Positions 24,995 to 38,369 of a DNA stretch of 64,000 nucleotides are shown one piece after another. The notes beneath the pieces were generated by a model that saw only the letters and a list, made by a program, of their open reading frames with translations, was not told the origin of the DNA and ran no database searches. Where the stretch lies: NCBI RefSeq assembly GCF_006345805.1, contig NC_043004.1:58652001-58716000 (forward strand). The letters run 5' to 3'. The stretch's first letter is position 1. Every line of letters begins with the position of its first letter. Source of the stretch: Octopus sinensis (lineage: Eukaryota). The position numbers and the translations under genes are program-made.

Positions 24995-25243
24995 TAATAA
25001 TAAATGCGCCCTTTTAAAGCCTAGCCAGGCTCATAGGCTAAGTTTCTATGGCGTATGTGTTCCCCAGCTGGATGGGACGCCAGTCCATCGCAGTGTTACT
25101 CGTTTTTGCCAGCTGAGTGGACTGGAGCAACGTGAAATGAAGTGTTCTGCTCAAGAACACAACACGTCGCCGGGTCCAAGAATCGAAACCACAATCTTAC
25201 AATCATGATGCTGACACCCTAACCACTAAGCCACGTGCCTTCA
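24995..25243 (-). mobile_element. tRNA-headed SINE (family F/L)
   Basis: Minus strand TGGCTTAGTGGTTAGGG...GTTTCGATTC, then the family F core. Confidence 0.75.
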
Positions 25244-25311
25244 TATATATATATAATATATATATACATACAACCATACATATATATATACATATATGTA
25301 TGTATGTATTA

Positions 25312-25358
<47 letters not shown>

Positions 25359-25879
25359 ATATAATAATTATATATATATATACATACATATATATATATA
25401 TATATACATACAACCATACATATAATACATACATACATGTATGTATATATATATATATTATATATATATATATATTATATATATATATATATATATATGT
25501 GTGTATGGATTACTGAAACATATAGACTTTGAAGCACACATCATATCTACTATTTCAGTCTATGAAATAGTTTCAGTGACTATTTTTCTTATGCTTTATA
25601 GTAGCTAATTTTATAACAAAATACGATAAAAGTGGAGCTCAGTTTATTTCAGTAAGTCTAGCATGGGAATGTTTAGCTCGGGGGAAAAACCTTGAGACCA
25701 CACCATCACATACATTTAAATTCAGGGCATACAGGGAATGAATTCATATATGCTTGATTTGCAATGGATAGCAAGGCCTTATTATAACCACACATACACA
25801 GAGTTCCTAAATGGAAGTCACTATACTTCGATACACACACATACACACATGCATGCACACACACATTCATATTCTATCC

Positions 25880-26105
25880 AAAGTATGCAGTATTATATAT
25901 CCATTATTAATCTTACCAATCGGTTTCACACTAGGAGTACAATAGAGTGTTAGGTAACAATACGTCTACCATATTTCATTCCATATCAGCTACTTCTGAT
26001 GAGTGTAGGGTTATATAATTGAATTGTTACCTAACAATCTGATGTATCCTTAGTGCAAAACCGATTAGTAAGATCAACCACGATGGATATATGATATTGT
26101 ACACT
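25880..26105. repeat. Inverted repeat containing a degenerate hammerhead (25991-26070, +)
   Basis: 25880-25961 is the reverse complement of 26023-26105; CTGATGA at 25996 and (G/A)AAAC-CGATT-(G/A)GTA. Confidence 0.6.
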
Positions 26106-26175
26106 TCAGATAATATACCCACTTAAGAGATATATGAGTGCAGCTTTTTCCTGACTTTTAGATGACTTACGTATT

Positions 26176-26221
<46 letters not shown>

Positions 26222-26373
26222 TATATTTTTGTATATATATATACATATATATATTACAGATATAGGGTAAAGAATTATTAATTTAGTAATTAATAAATTT
26301 TACCTAGTAGTTTCGGTATGGAAAAAAAAAACATTATCGGTAGAAACTTTTACAAAAAGTTTTTTTTATATAT

Positions 26374-26606
26374 TAAATATAATTAAGGGTTAGCAACAAG
26401 TTGCTTCACCACATACCGAAAATTTAGAAATAGCAGCCAAAGACAGCTCATTCCTTTTTACTGCAGATATTATTCCACAGAGTTACAAATAATGTTATCT
26501 GTGGAGTAATATCTGTAGTAAAAAGGAATGAGCTGTCTTTGGTCGCTGTTTCTAAATTTTCGGTATGTGGTGAAGCAACTTGTTGCTTAACCCTTAATTA
26601 TATTTA
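26374..26606. repeat. ~107-bp-arm fold-back hairpin next to a degenerate hammerhead remnant (26295-26349, -)
   Basis: TAAATATAATTAAGGGT...CCACAG, 18-nt spacer, CTGTGG...ACCCTTAATTATATTTA. Confidence 0.8.
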
Positions 26607-26618
26607 TATATATAATAT

Positions 26619-26666
<48 letters not shown>

Positions 26667-26946
26667 TTAGAAAGATATAATTATATATATTATACACAAG
26701 TTATTACATAACATATTTTATTTCTGCTGATGTATATTTTGAACACTTTTGATTCTTATATATTTAATGACTGAATATATTGACTCCAGTTATCTAAGCT
26801 AGTTTGTCTCATAGTTCAGTAGAAATCATTTACTATATATTTCTAATGTATGAACTTTCCTCAGTTATATAATTCTCTTAGATTCATATTCTGATTTGGA
26901 TATATAGAAACTTCTTCAAATATCAAATATAACCAAACTAAGTATA

Positions 26947-27095
26947 TTTACATTATTTACATTTGACGGATATTTGTCCTCATCTTGTTTGTTGTTAACA
27001 CAACTTTTTGGCTGATATACCCTCCAGCCTTCATCAGGTGTCTTGGGGGAAATTTCAAACCTGGGTTCTCATTCCTAAGGTATTTTTCGATGTTG
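26947..27095 (-). mobile_element. Family D body (hammerhead-bearing repeat), no tRNA head
   Basis: Minus strand GACAC-CTGATGA-A-GGCTG...CAGCC-AAAAA-GTT-GTGTT; 5' end abuts (AAT)n. Confidence 0.75.
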
Positions 27096-27122
27096 TTATT
27101 ATTATTATTATTATTGTTATTA

Positions 27123-27180
<58 letters not shown>

Positions 27181-27194
27181 CACCATTATGCCCA

Positions 27195-27478
27195 TGGGCA
27201 TATGGTATAGTAGTTAAGAGCATGGGCTACTAACCCCAAGATTCCAAGTTCAATTCCAGGCAGTGACCTAAAGAATAATAACAATAATAATAACAACAAC
27301 ATTGAAAAATAATTTAGGAATGAGAACCCGGGTTCAAAATTTCTCCAAGATACCTGATGAAGGCTGGAGGATATATCAGTCAAAATGTTGTGTTAACAAC
27401 AAACAAGATGAAGACAAATATCCGTCAAATGAAAATAATGTAAATAATGTACATAATTCCTCATCTCTTAAATATAGG
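27195..27478 (+). mobile_element. Family D: tRNA-like head + (AAT)n linker + hammerhead-bearing body
   Basis: A-box-like TGGTATAGTAGTTAAG; anticodon arm GGG-CTACTAA-CCC; B-box-like AGTTCAATTCC; CTGATGA at 27354-27360. Confidence 0.75.
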
Positions 27479-28545
27479 AAAGTATATTTATCCTAAAATA
27501 AGAATATTTATAGAAATCTTACCTAATATCTTCCCTATTAAATTTGTTTAATTTTATGAGCCAAGCTCTTTTTGATACTCAATGTTTCACTGTTAAAACA
27601 AGGTTTTACTTCTGGGACAAAATAATGAGTTCAATCTCGCCTATCTGTTATCAATTAACTTTTTTAATCTTAGTAACTAACATTGATTATATTTTCTTTC
27701 ATCATTTTTAATCTTTTGCTTTTTCATATTAACAAATTCTCTATTCCAAACATGAGGTAAAATAATTTACTATTTAATCAACCAGCATAAAAATTATAAG
27801 CAACAACTTGTTCACTGTCTTGAGATTCACTAAAGATCTGTGGCCAATAATTTTAATCAAAAAATTCATTATTTTAGTTTGAATATATTTTTTTATTATT
27901 GGAATAGATTTATCTTTTAACTACAGAATATCAAACTTCAGTACATTAAAAGTAAAACAATTTCTAAAACATCTTCATTCAATAGTTGTTGAAAATAGTA
28001 CTCTTTGTTATAAACCATCGAAAGGATTTCTGAAAAATCAATAAAACCCTTATTTATACATTCTTTCAACATTATCTATCATTAAAAGAACAATAGATTG
28101 AAAGAAATATCTAACAAATCAAAACTCTTTGCCCTGAAATAGCTTTCCAACTATTTGAAATTTCCTTTTCTCTTTTACCCTTCTCTTTCAAAATCTTTTA
28201 TCATTTTTACAAAATTTCAGTCCCTTTTGTTTTTCATTCTTATATTGGCAGACTTTTTTAGCAAATATTCAGAATTAGTTCAACGGTATTTGCATATAAC
28301 TATACACTAAGTTTGCTATAACTCCAGAAATTTTTTAAATTCTTCCTCCATTTTTTAAAAACCATATCTCTAGTCTTTATATAACATATTGATTTTGTAG
28401 AAGAGCAATTCTTGCTGTTATATACCTTTTAAAGGTTCATATAATGATGAAAGTTTATTTGCTTGAGGAAAATAATATTGGGCAATATCTAGAATGCTTA
28501 ACTTTTCCTGGTGTCATTTTCCATTCCCTTTTTCACAATATTTAA

Positions 28546-28908
28546 CCGTTTAGTATTTAATCCGGCCATATCTGGCCTAAATATTTTATGTTAAAACTGA
28601 CCGGATCCATCTTCTCATACCTACCTTAAAATTATACAAACACTTCATTGAAATCTTGAAGGTACAAGATTAATTCAAAAGGTATGTGATTAATTCAAAA
28701 GGTATGTGATTAATTCAAAACAATGTATAAGAATTACATTTGGTTAAGAAGAGTGGCTGTGTGGTAAGTAGCTTGCTTATGAACTACATGGTTCCGGGTT
28801 CAGTCCCACTGCATGGCATCTTGGGCAAGTGTCTTCTTCTATAGCCTCGGGACAACCAAAGCATTGTGAGTGGATTTGGCTGATGGAAACTGAAAGAAGT
28901 CCATCGTA

Positions 28909-28977
<69 letters not shown>

Positions 28978-29241
28978 GTATGTATGTATATATATATATA
29001 TATGTATGTGTATATGTTTGTGTGCCTGTGTTTGTCCCCCCAACATCGCTTGACAACCGATGCTGCTGTGTTTACATACCTGTAACTTAGCAGTTCGGCA
29101 AAAGAGACTGATAGAATAAGTACTGGGCTTACAAAGAATAAGTCCTGGGATCGATTTGCTCGACTAAAGACGGTGCTCCAGTATGGCCACAGTCAAATTA
29201 CTGAAACAAGTAAAAGAGAGTAAAAGAAAAGAGCTAAAGGG
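28546..29241 (+). mobile_element. Family J MITE interrupted by SINE A (28750-29232), with internal 20-bp x3 tandem (28661-28720)
   Basis: TTAA-CCGTTTAGTATT start; GCTAAAGGG end after the SINE tail. Confidence 0.7.
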
Positions 29242-29591
29242 ATAAAGAAACATATTCACCTCAATCATTGAATATAAAGCTTTATGTTGATACTCCAGTC
29301 TCTGGAGGAGTTTAGTATAGGAACTCCTAATCAATTTTTACTGAAAAGGCTAACATTCCACTAAATATAAATAAAAGATACTGAAAACCTAAACTATGTA
29401 TATAATTTCATTAATAAATAATATATCTAATATATCGAATATCTAATATCTATATTGTATTTCATATTTAAAAGCATACAAATAGTTCCATACTTTCTCA
29501 GTAGTACTGACCTGGCTGTGATGGAACTCGAGAGTATATGTAATATATGTGTGTGTGCATGTGTGTGTGTGTATGTAAGTATATGTATGTT

Positions 29592-29666
<75 letters not shown>

Positions 29667-29851
29667 ATACATACATACATACATACATATTCATCAGCAT
29701 CTAAGAATCTGTAAATCGGCCTTTCTGATAACATCAGTTTGAGTAAGTACTCCCCTAACTCATGGGTGAAACTGATTGGTAAAATTGTTTGCAATGGATC
29801 TTCATTGCACATATATATATACATACATATTCATATATGTTTGTATATATA

Positions 29852-29927
<76 letters not shown>

Positions 29928-30253
29928 TAGTGATACAAACAAAAATTACTCTTTGTGTGTGCTTTTTCTTTTAGTACATTAAAAGTAATTATATATTATT
30001 ACTTTTAGGTCAAAATAAAATTTTATGATTATGAAGATTTATTTTTTCGTATTTTCAGTGATACCTTTTCATATAACCATTTGAAAACTTCTATTTTACT
30101 ATCTATTATGATATCATTTTCTCACATTTTATAATGAATATTGATTGATACAGATCTTGCAGATATTTATATAGATTTTAAATTGATCATATAATTTGAT
30201 TCTCTGGGATAGATTTTAATGTTAGTCTTTGATGGATATATATATACATATAC

Positions 30254-30284
<31 letters not shown>

Positions 30285-30338
30285 GATATATATATAGATA
30301 TATATATATGTTTGTACGTACATACATACATACATACA

Positions 30339-30370
<32 letters not shown>

Positions 30371-31419
30371 CTGCTTTTGCCTAGTACTGAATCACCAAAA
30401 CAGTAAGATCTTTTTAAGAGCATTTGCCATAATCCATTACATCTGATCACAATTTTTCATTGTAAAACTTTCATGAGATAGCAATTATATATAAATCTAT
30501 ACACTATACATTTTCACTACATTTATTTATTCATCTCTGAAATAATTTTATTTTCTGATGGGCTGCATTGTGAATGCTTCAGTAAAACTAATTCAAGATC
30601 AATACAACTCTAATCATTTTCCACTGTTAGGGTACCAACAAAATTATTTATTACATAGCACTTTTACAAATAATCTAAACATTTTCTAAATTAAATTATT
30701 CTAAGAGTTAATTAAATTTATCACATAAAAAGCTTCTAGATAACAGTTTTAATTATATGTAATAAAAATACAATTTCTAGCTTATTAAACAATGTATTTT
30801 CTTTTAATCATACATATATTTTTCTAATAAGAATACATATATGTTCAAAATTCTGCTAGTATTTATATTTTCAAAGATTCACTCATAACTGCACTGAATG
30901 ATTAGCAAAGATAATATCTTCATGTTCACTTTGGTAAAAATCTTATTCAGTGCTGTTATAAAACGAATTTTAGTTACCAGGATTGTTCTTTAAAAACTAT
31001 TTTATCAAATTAATAAATAATATATTATTAAATCTACATATAAAACAATTCTTTCTCCAAAGGATTTTTAACTAATTTAATACTGTTATAATAAAATGAA
31101 AATAATAGAGAAATAAAACAATAAATAATTCTTTCAATAAAATGATAATCGTTCTAAAATGGAAAATATTTTGCCTATGGTCTTCAATTCATCAAACTGA
31201 CAATATGAAAGATTAAAAATTACTCATATAAAATTCCTGTTTTCAGGCTCTTAGTGTTCTTAGCATGGTTTTGGAAGTGTACATATTTCTCTGAAAATGT
31301 TCAATTTTTAAAAATAATTATTTCCTAATGTAGTGTTTTCAGAAGGATGTCAACAATGGAGGATAACTAAGGAGTTCATATTCTATCATTTATCCTTAAT
31401 GTGCTTTACTTTCTTGTTG

Positions 31420-32170
31420 ATAACTTCATAATGTTTTATTTGTGTAGCTTTCACCCTTAACAGTACGGACAACAAGTGTCTCAATGTCTGACTGTATACA
31501 AACTGAAGTTGTACAAACCTTACAAGAAAGCCAAGAAAGGTGTGTGATTTTTTCTTTCTGACCATTGTGACAATTTTGCATGAAGGTTTGTGGTCTTAAT
31601 GTTGGATTGTCTTTTATCCAGCTTGAAACCACGTAACAATCTTCATGACCTCTGCTCCTCTATTTGGACTCCTTTTCTGCTTTCTGTGACAATATCTCCA
31701 GCATTCTATCATGTCTCCGTGACGTGTGGCTTTAATGATCTCTTGCATGCTACTGTAAACAAGACCAAGCTTTGGTCACTTTTCCTTCTTGTTGGACAAA
31801 AAAATTAATGTCAGTTTCTGTGTCTCATTTTCTAGTCCCTTTTTCATTAAATACTCAACTGGAACAACTTTCTGTGCTTTCTTTATTGGGAATCTCTTCC
31901 TCAACTATATTTTTTCTGCTGGTGATGCTTTTAGACTTGATTTGTATATTTTTTCTAAAATGCTTGAATATACTTTCTGTGAGTCATTCCTTGTATTTAA
32001 TTAGATAATGTCTGGTTCTTAAAAATGGCGCTTTTGCTTAACATTTTCAATTTGCAACATATCTTAATAGTTCCTTTCTATTTAGGAAAATAGTCCTTCT
32101 TTGATGATGTACTAACATTACTAATTGCCTTTCTTCCTTTAGTTTCTGTCATCACTATCTTTACTTAAGT
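31420..32170 (-). pseudogene. Possible decayed LINE ORF1 / zinc-knuckle region
   Basis: A-rich minus strand; frameshifted Cys/His fragments (CKRS..PH, CHR..GHEDC, QNCH...HLSWLSC); many stops. Confidence 0.25.
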
Positions 32171-32183
32171 TTTAAACAATGAT

Positions 32184-32260
<77 letters not shown>

Positions 32261-32915
32261 TCATATATAAATGCATATATATACATACATATATATATAT
32301 ATATGTATATATATACACATATATATGCATACATGTATATATGTATATATATATATTATATATATATGTGTGTGTGGTGTGTGTGTGTAGGTATGTATAT
32401 ATATATATATATAATATATATATATTATATATATATACATACATACATGCATATATATATGTATGTATATATGTATAAGTATGTACTGTAGATATACAGC
32501 TTTGAAGCATGCCATTCATACTTTATCTAAAATATCTATATACTCTCTCACTCTTTCTCTCTAATTCTCTCTTGCTCTCTTGCTCTCTCATTCTCCCTCT
32601 CTCTATATATATATATATATTTCTCTGTATTACTCCCTTTCTCTTTCTTCCTCTCTATTTATCTACCTATCTACCTATCAAATTTTTATATATGACCCTC
32701 ACTTTCTTTCTCTGTTTCTAAACTTCACTACATAAAGGAATCCATTTCAGTTTTAATATTTTCTTTTACTCAAGTATTGATTGAATCACTTACCAAAAGT
32801 ATGATTAAAAAGAAGCTTTTCTCTATATTTGAGTAAATTCAAATATATATGTTTTACATATATGAATATATGTATATATATATATGTGTGTACATATATA
32901 TATATATATATGTTG

Positions 32916-32963
<48 letters not shown>

Positions 32964-33066
32964 ATATATACATATATATACATATATATATATAATATAG
33001 AGATATATATATATTATATATATACATATATATACATATATATATATACAATATATGTACATGTAC

Positions 33067-33109
<43 letters not shown>

Positions 33110-35472
33110 TATAATATATATACATGTGTACATTTCTCCCAGCTTCCAGCTAAGGAAATTTTGTTTCAAAATACCACAACATATTTTAGTATAGTAACAA
33201 ATTGAAAAACAGTATAACAGTATAAACCTGTTGGTATTTCATTTATTATAATTAAATATTGCTATTTGTATAAAAGAAGAACTTGTTTTGTATATAAATT
33301 TTTTAAGGAATATATATTAAACAGGAAATTGTGGTTTTCATCAATCTTGTAATGTGTATATAAAATATATTATATTGGACAAAATACCTTGTGGTATTTG
33401 GTTATGTCTGTTCACATTTTGAGCACAAACACCATTCAGATTGACTTGATCTTTTACTTTACTAAAGTTAATAATATTGATATTCTGCAAGTACTACATT
33501 CAATATTATCAATTATACCCTTGAAGATGAAGCAACAGTATCGGTACAGTTCTGAGTGAAACAAATAAAAAAAGTTAGTGATTAAAGTATGCAAAGACTA
33601 AAATCTAAGAATGAAAATTAAATCAAATTTATTATATAAATATTTCTTTTTAAATACAGACTGAATATATTAGCATTAAAAAAATAGAATTAGATAGCTT
33701 TTAGCATAAATATAGTTCTATCAATAATACAGCTTATTTAACTTAAAGATTTATTTATAAACAAAATCTATACACTGCTGAATTCAGAAATGATATTTTC
33801 TGTTAAATAAAATAACTTGATGAGTCATTAATAAAAATTTTTCTAGCATTCTTTTTAAGTATTATTATCATTAGTTTTAGCATTCATTAATTATTAATGA
33901 TATAGATAATCTGTTAAACAAAATAGTTGTTACATTCTGAATATCACGCAGAATAAGTTTCATTTAATTTTATTTTATATTTGTGATACTCATATGTATA
34001 TTCATTCTGTTTTCTCTTTCATTTTCATCCATTTTCCTCATAACATGCTCATATTGAAAACTATTCTATAGATACTTTTTGTTTTAGGTCCCAAATGAAA
34101 ACGTATTATTGAATATCAATGAACACTAGAACAAAATAATCAATAAAATCCCATGTGACAGATGTATAATTAAATTATATAAAATATTCTATTTTAGAAA
34201 ATTTCTTTCACAAATTCTTTTATCTATTTTGTAAATATAAAGCTTTTCATTGATTGTCATCTTTATCAACTTAACTTCTTATAAGATATATTTACTTTCT
34301 TTTGTTTTTCCCTTTATTTACAAAACTTTTACATGATAACATTATTCTTCACATTAAAAGATCTTCACTCATGTTTAGAAAATTGCCAGCAAAAATTTCC
34401 TCATGAAATTCTTTCAGTTCTACTTTAATGATTTTTAATGAATGCATGAACGCATTCACTTAAATAAGATAAAATAAGTAAATAAATAAATAAATAAATA
34501 AATAAATGAATGAATAAAAGTAACATTTAGAAAGCAGTTTGTCAACCTACTTTCTAGAGTTTCCAATGAGCCATTGAAGATAAACTTAAGATCGAATACA
34601 AGCAACATCAACAAAAAATCTTAGTTTTGTCATGTTATTTATGTTCTGACATAAACAAGCATCAATTTCATTTTTGTGATACAACTTGTTTTCTAAGGAA
34701 CAAATAAGCATCACAGTTCATTCCTCTAATCGTTACTAATGATTGCTCTAAAAGTAAGAATCCTGGAAGTGTGTTGAATTTCTCCTTCAATAATTTCAGA
34801 GAGTTGAAGCATAATTATTAGCTGAAAGAAGACAAAAAAAATACAATTATTCGGATCATTTTAGTAAATTTTTCAAAAAGTAGCATAAATTTCAGGTCAC
34901 AGTATTGAAATTCCTATGTATATACATGTGTATATACACACACACATACATAATTATAAAAACTATAAAACATGGGTGGGTGTGTTTTTTCTTTTACCAG
35001 CACTGTGTGTTGGTTTAACCAAAATATTATAAACACTTGTAATGCACAATGTTGGCAAAGATAATTATTGATCACCTTTTGTATAACATTGTCACAATGA
35101 AGCAAAACACTCTAAACTGACCGGTAATTTAATATGTGTATGCATGTTTGTGTGTGTATGTGTATATATATATATATATACTTTATTTAAAGCATATTAC
35201 TCGACCACTGGTATTTGAGTACTCTTTTTTCCACCTTGTTTCACATTTATGTGTTTACTCTGGTATATATATATATATATATCATAAAATATAATTGCCA
35301 ACTAGATGTGGTGGTCCCATAGGGGATGATGCTACTGTTGCTTTTAGCTCTAGGAGAACATTTACTCCAGCTAGTTAATGACACACTGTCTGTGTCCAAT
35401 TAGTATTTGCGAGGGGAAATCATCATTCCCATCTTTAGCCTTATGTATATATATATATACACACACATATGT

Positions 35473-35722
35473 GGAGGTGGGTGGCTTCATGGTTAGAGTG
35501 TTGCACTAATGATAGTAAAATTGGGGTTTTAATTCCTGGGCCAGATGATGCATTCTGTTCTTGAGCAAATATTACTTCATTTCATGTTGTTCCAGTCCAC
35601 TCAGCTGGCAAAAATGATTAAATCTGTGATAGACCAACATACTATCAAGATGGGAAATATATACACCACAGAATCCAAGAAACTGGCCTTATGAGCCAAT
35701 GGCTCAGGAAGGACATTTTACC
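35473..35722 (+). mobile_element. tRNA-headed SINE (family F/L), degenerate
   Basis: Homologous to 24995-25243. Confidence 0.65.
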
Positions 35723-35949
35723 CTTTGATATATATATATATATATAGATATATCTGCACATATTCATCAATACCTTTTAGCTCCAATTTGATATAATCAA
35801 CATTTCTTTCTTCATCTAATCAAAAAAATACATTAAAATAATTTTTACACACCCAAAATTACACTATGAGTAAACCATACTCACAGCACAAAACACCAAA
35901 ATTTTTAGTCTACTGTATCCGTGTCATCATGAAATTTTGAAATCATTGC

Positions 35950-36990
35950 AAACTTGGCAACCGAAAGCCCCCACTTTTTGTCTGGGTGAAAGGAAGATTG
36001 TATGATGCATATATGTGAACTGCAATGCTACATGACAGTGAGACATGGGCCCTGAATGCAAAGATATGTAAAGACTAGAGAGGAACAAAGCTGGTATTCT
36101 CCATTGAATGTGCAATGTCAGTGTACATTTGCAACAAAGCACTAGTGTATCATCATCATCATTTAACATCCGTTTTCCATGCTAGCATGGGTTGGGTGGT
36201 TCGACCGGAGTCTGGGAAGCCAGGAGGCTGAACCAGGCTCCAGTCTGATCTTGCAGTGTCTCTACAGCTGGATGCCCTTCCTAACTCCAACCACTCTGTG
36301 AGTGTAATGGGTACTTTTTACGTGCCACCGGCACAGGTGCCAGGGGGGCTGGCAATGACCACGATCGGTTGGTGCTTTTTACATGCCAGGCATGACAGGA
36401 ATTACATGCAGTGTGCAAGAGAGGAGATTTCACTGGTTTGGTCATGTGATGCAGACGGATGAGGGCAGTTGTATAAGCAAATGTTGATCACTTAAAGTGG
36501 AAAGAAGTTGCAGAAGAGGGAAACCCAAGAAGATATGGAACAAACTATTGAAGGATGATCTCAAAATATTGAGCCTCATGAAGAAGATGACAAAGGACCA
36601 TCATACGTGGCACATTGCTGTACTCAATAAGATTCACCTACGACAGCAGAATTGATATCCTAAAAACAAAGTATCATATTAAAAGTTCTGGTACTGGAGC
36701 TGATGCCGCATGAAAGTGCCGGTGCAGGTGCCATCTAAAAAGCACTGGCGCTGGTGTTACATAAAAAGCACTGGTGCTGGTATCATGTAAAAATCACTAG
36801 TGATGGTGTCATGTAAAATGTACTGGTATTAGTGTCACATACAAAGCAGTGGTATTGGTGTCACATAAAAAGCACTGATGATGGTGCCATGTAAAAAGCA
36901 CGCAGTACACTCTGTAAAGTAGTTGGCATTAGGAAAGGCATCCAGCTGTAGAAACCAAACCAAAACAGACTATGGAACTCAAGTTTCATA
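35950..36990 (+). mobile_element. RTE-clade LINE 3' fragment (ORF end plus 3'UTR), interrupted by an inverted family K copy (36142-36400)
   Basis: KGRLYDAY..AMLHDSETWA; RRFHWFGHVM; RGKPKKIW...DDL...W; followed by the 26-bp array and K tail. Confidence 0.8.
36700..36900 (+). repeat. 26-bp minisatellite (~7-8 units, GGTGTCACATAAAAAGCACTGGTGCT-like) in the RTE 3'UTR
   Basis: Units read directly; contiguous with no unique spacers. Confidence 0.8.
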
Positions 36991-37162
36991 TACCACTGCA
37001 ATCTGCCATTCATATGCCTCAAGAGAAACTCTTAGCTTCAGTTTCAATAATAAGAATATCCTCTACAACACATATTGAGCACTCATTTCTCATTCTTGAC
37101 GTACATATACACATACATAAGTGTTTTGTACCTGTGCATGGCACTTCATTTTTGAGTATCAT

Positions 37163-37562
37163 AGGCATAGGAGTGGCTGTGTCGTAAGTAGCTTGCTTAC
37201 AAACCACATGGTTCTGGGTTCAGTATCACTGCATGGCACCTTGGGCAAGTGTCTTCTTCTATAGCCTCGGGCCAACCAAAGCCTTGTGAGTGGATTTGGT
37301 AGATGGAAACTGAAAGAATCCCGTCGTATATATGTATATATATATGTTTGTGTGTGTGTGTCTGTGTTTGTCCCCCCAACATCGCTTGACAACTGATGGT
37401 GGTGTGTTTACGTCCATGTAACTTAGCGGTTCAGCAAAAGAGACCGATGGAATAAGTACTGGGTTTACAAAGAAGAAATCCTGGGGTCAATTTGCTCGAC
37501 TAAAGGCGATGCTCCAGCATGGCCGCAGTCAAATGACTGAAACAAGTAAAAGAGTAAAAGAG
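37163..37562 (+). mobile_element. SINE family A
   Basis: Full homology. Confidence 0.85.
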
Positions 37563-37954
37563 ATATGAATGTGGTTCTATTTTTGTAATATATTTATTTA
37601 TGTGTGTAAGCGTGCACACAAATCTATGTGAGTGTTCACACGTATATATCATGTCAAGTGCACTTGGATCCTATTGACCAGTCCCTTTCATCCTTCCTGG
37701 TTTTCCATCAACTCTGCAACACAGTTTCTTAAAAGTTTGTACCCTCAAGGAACTGTGGTATGTATGTATGTATGTAAGTATGTATTAGACAAGGCAGACC
37801 TTGTCAAATACATACCTACATACAAGCATGCATACATACAAACATGCATATACACATGCAAATATATATATAATACACACACACATAGTGTTCAGACTAA
37901 ATTAAACAATTTGTATAAAAGTAAAATCAAACACAATATCGCATCCCAAAAAAA

Positions 37955-38345
37955 GTAGCTGTGTGGCAAGTAGCTTGCTTACCAACCACATGGTTTCGGG
38001 TTCAGTCCCACTGCATGGCACCTTGGGCAAGTGTCTTCTACTATAGCCTCAGGCCGACCAAAGCTTTGTGAGTGGATTTGGTAGAAAGAAACTGAAAGAA
38101 GTTGTCATGTATGCATATATATATATATATATGTATATGTTTGTGTGTCTGTCTCTCCCCCCAACATCGCTTGACAACCGATGCTGCTGTGGTTACGTCC
38201 CCGTCACTTAGCGGTTCAGCAAGAGAGATTGATAGAATAAGTACTAGGCTTATGAAGAATAAGTCTTGGGGTTGACTTGCTCAACTAGAGGTGGTGCTCC
38301 AGCATGGCTGCAGTCAAATGACTGAAACAAATAAAAGATAAAAGA
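37955..38345 (+). mobile_element. SINE family A
   Basis: Full homology. Confidence 0.85.
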
Positions 38346-38369
38346 TGAAAATATCAACTAGGTTATAGT

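Noticed and set aside
27500-28530. Minus-strand peptides resembling a sodium-channel domain II segment (YYFQQ...IFKL...LIKIIG) or an EF-hand (GFIDFSE)
   Set aside because: They lie in different frames with many stops, the spacing is wrong, there is no S4 Arg repeat, and the residues are those favoured by AT-rich codons.
36700-36900. Regularly spaced 26-bp repeats suggesting a CRISPR array
   Set aside because: There are no unique spacers or cas genes and the context is eukaryotic; it is a minisatellite in a LINE UTR.
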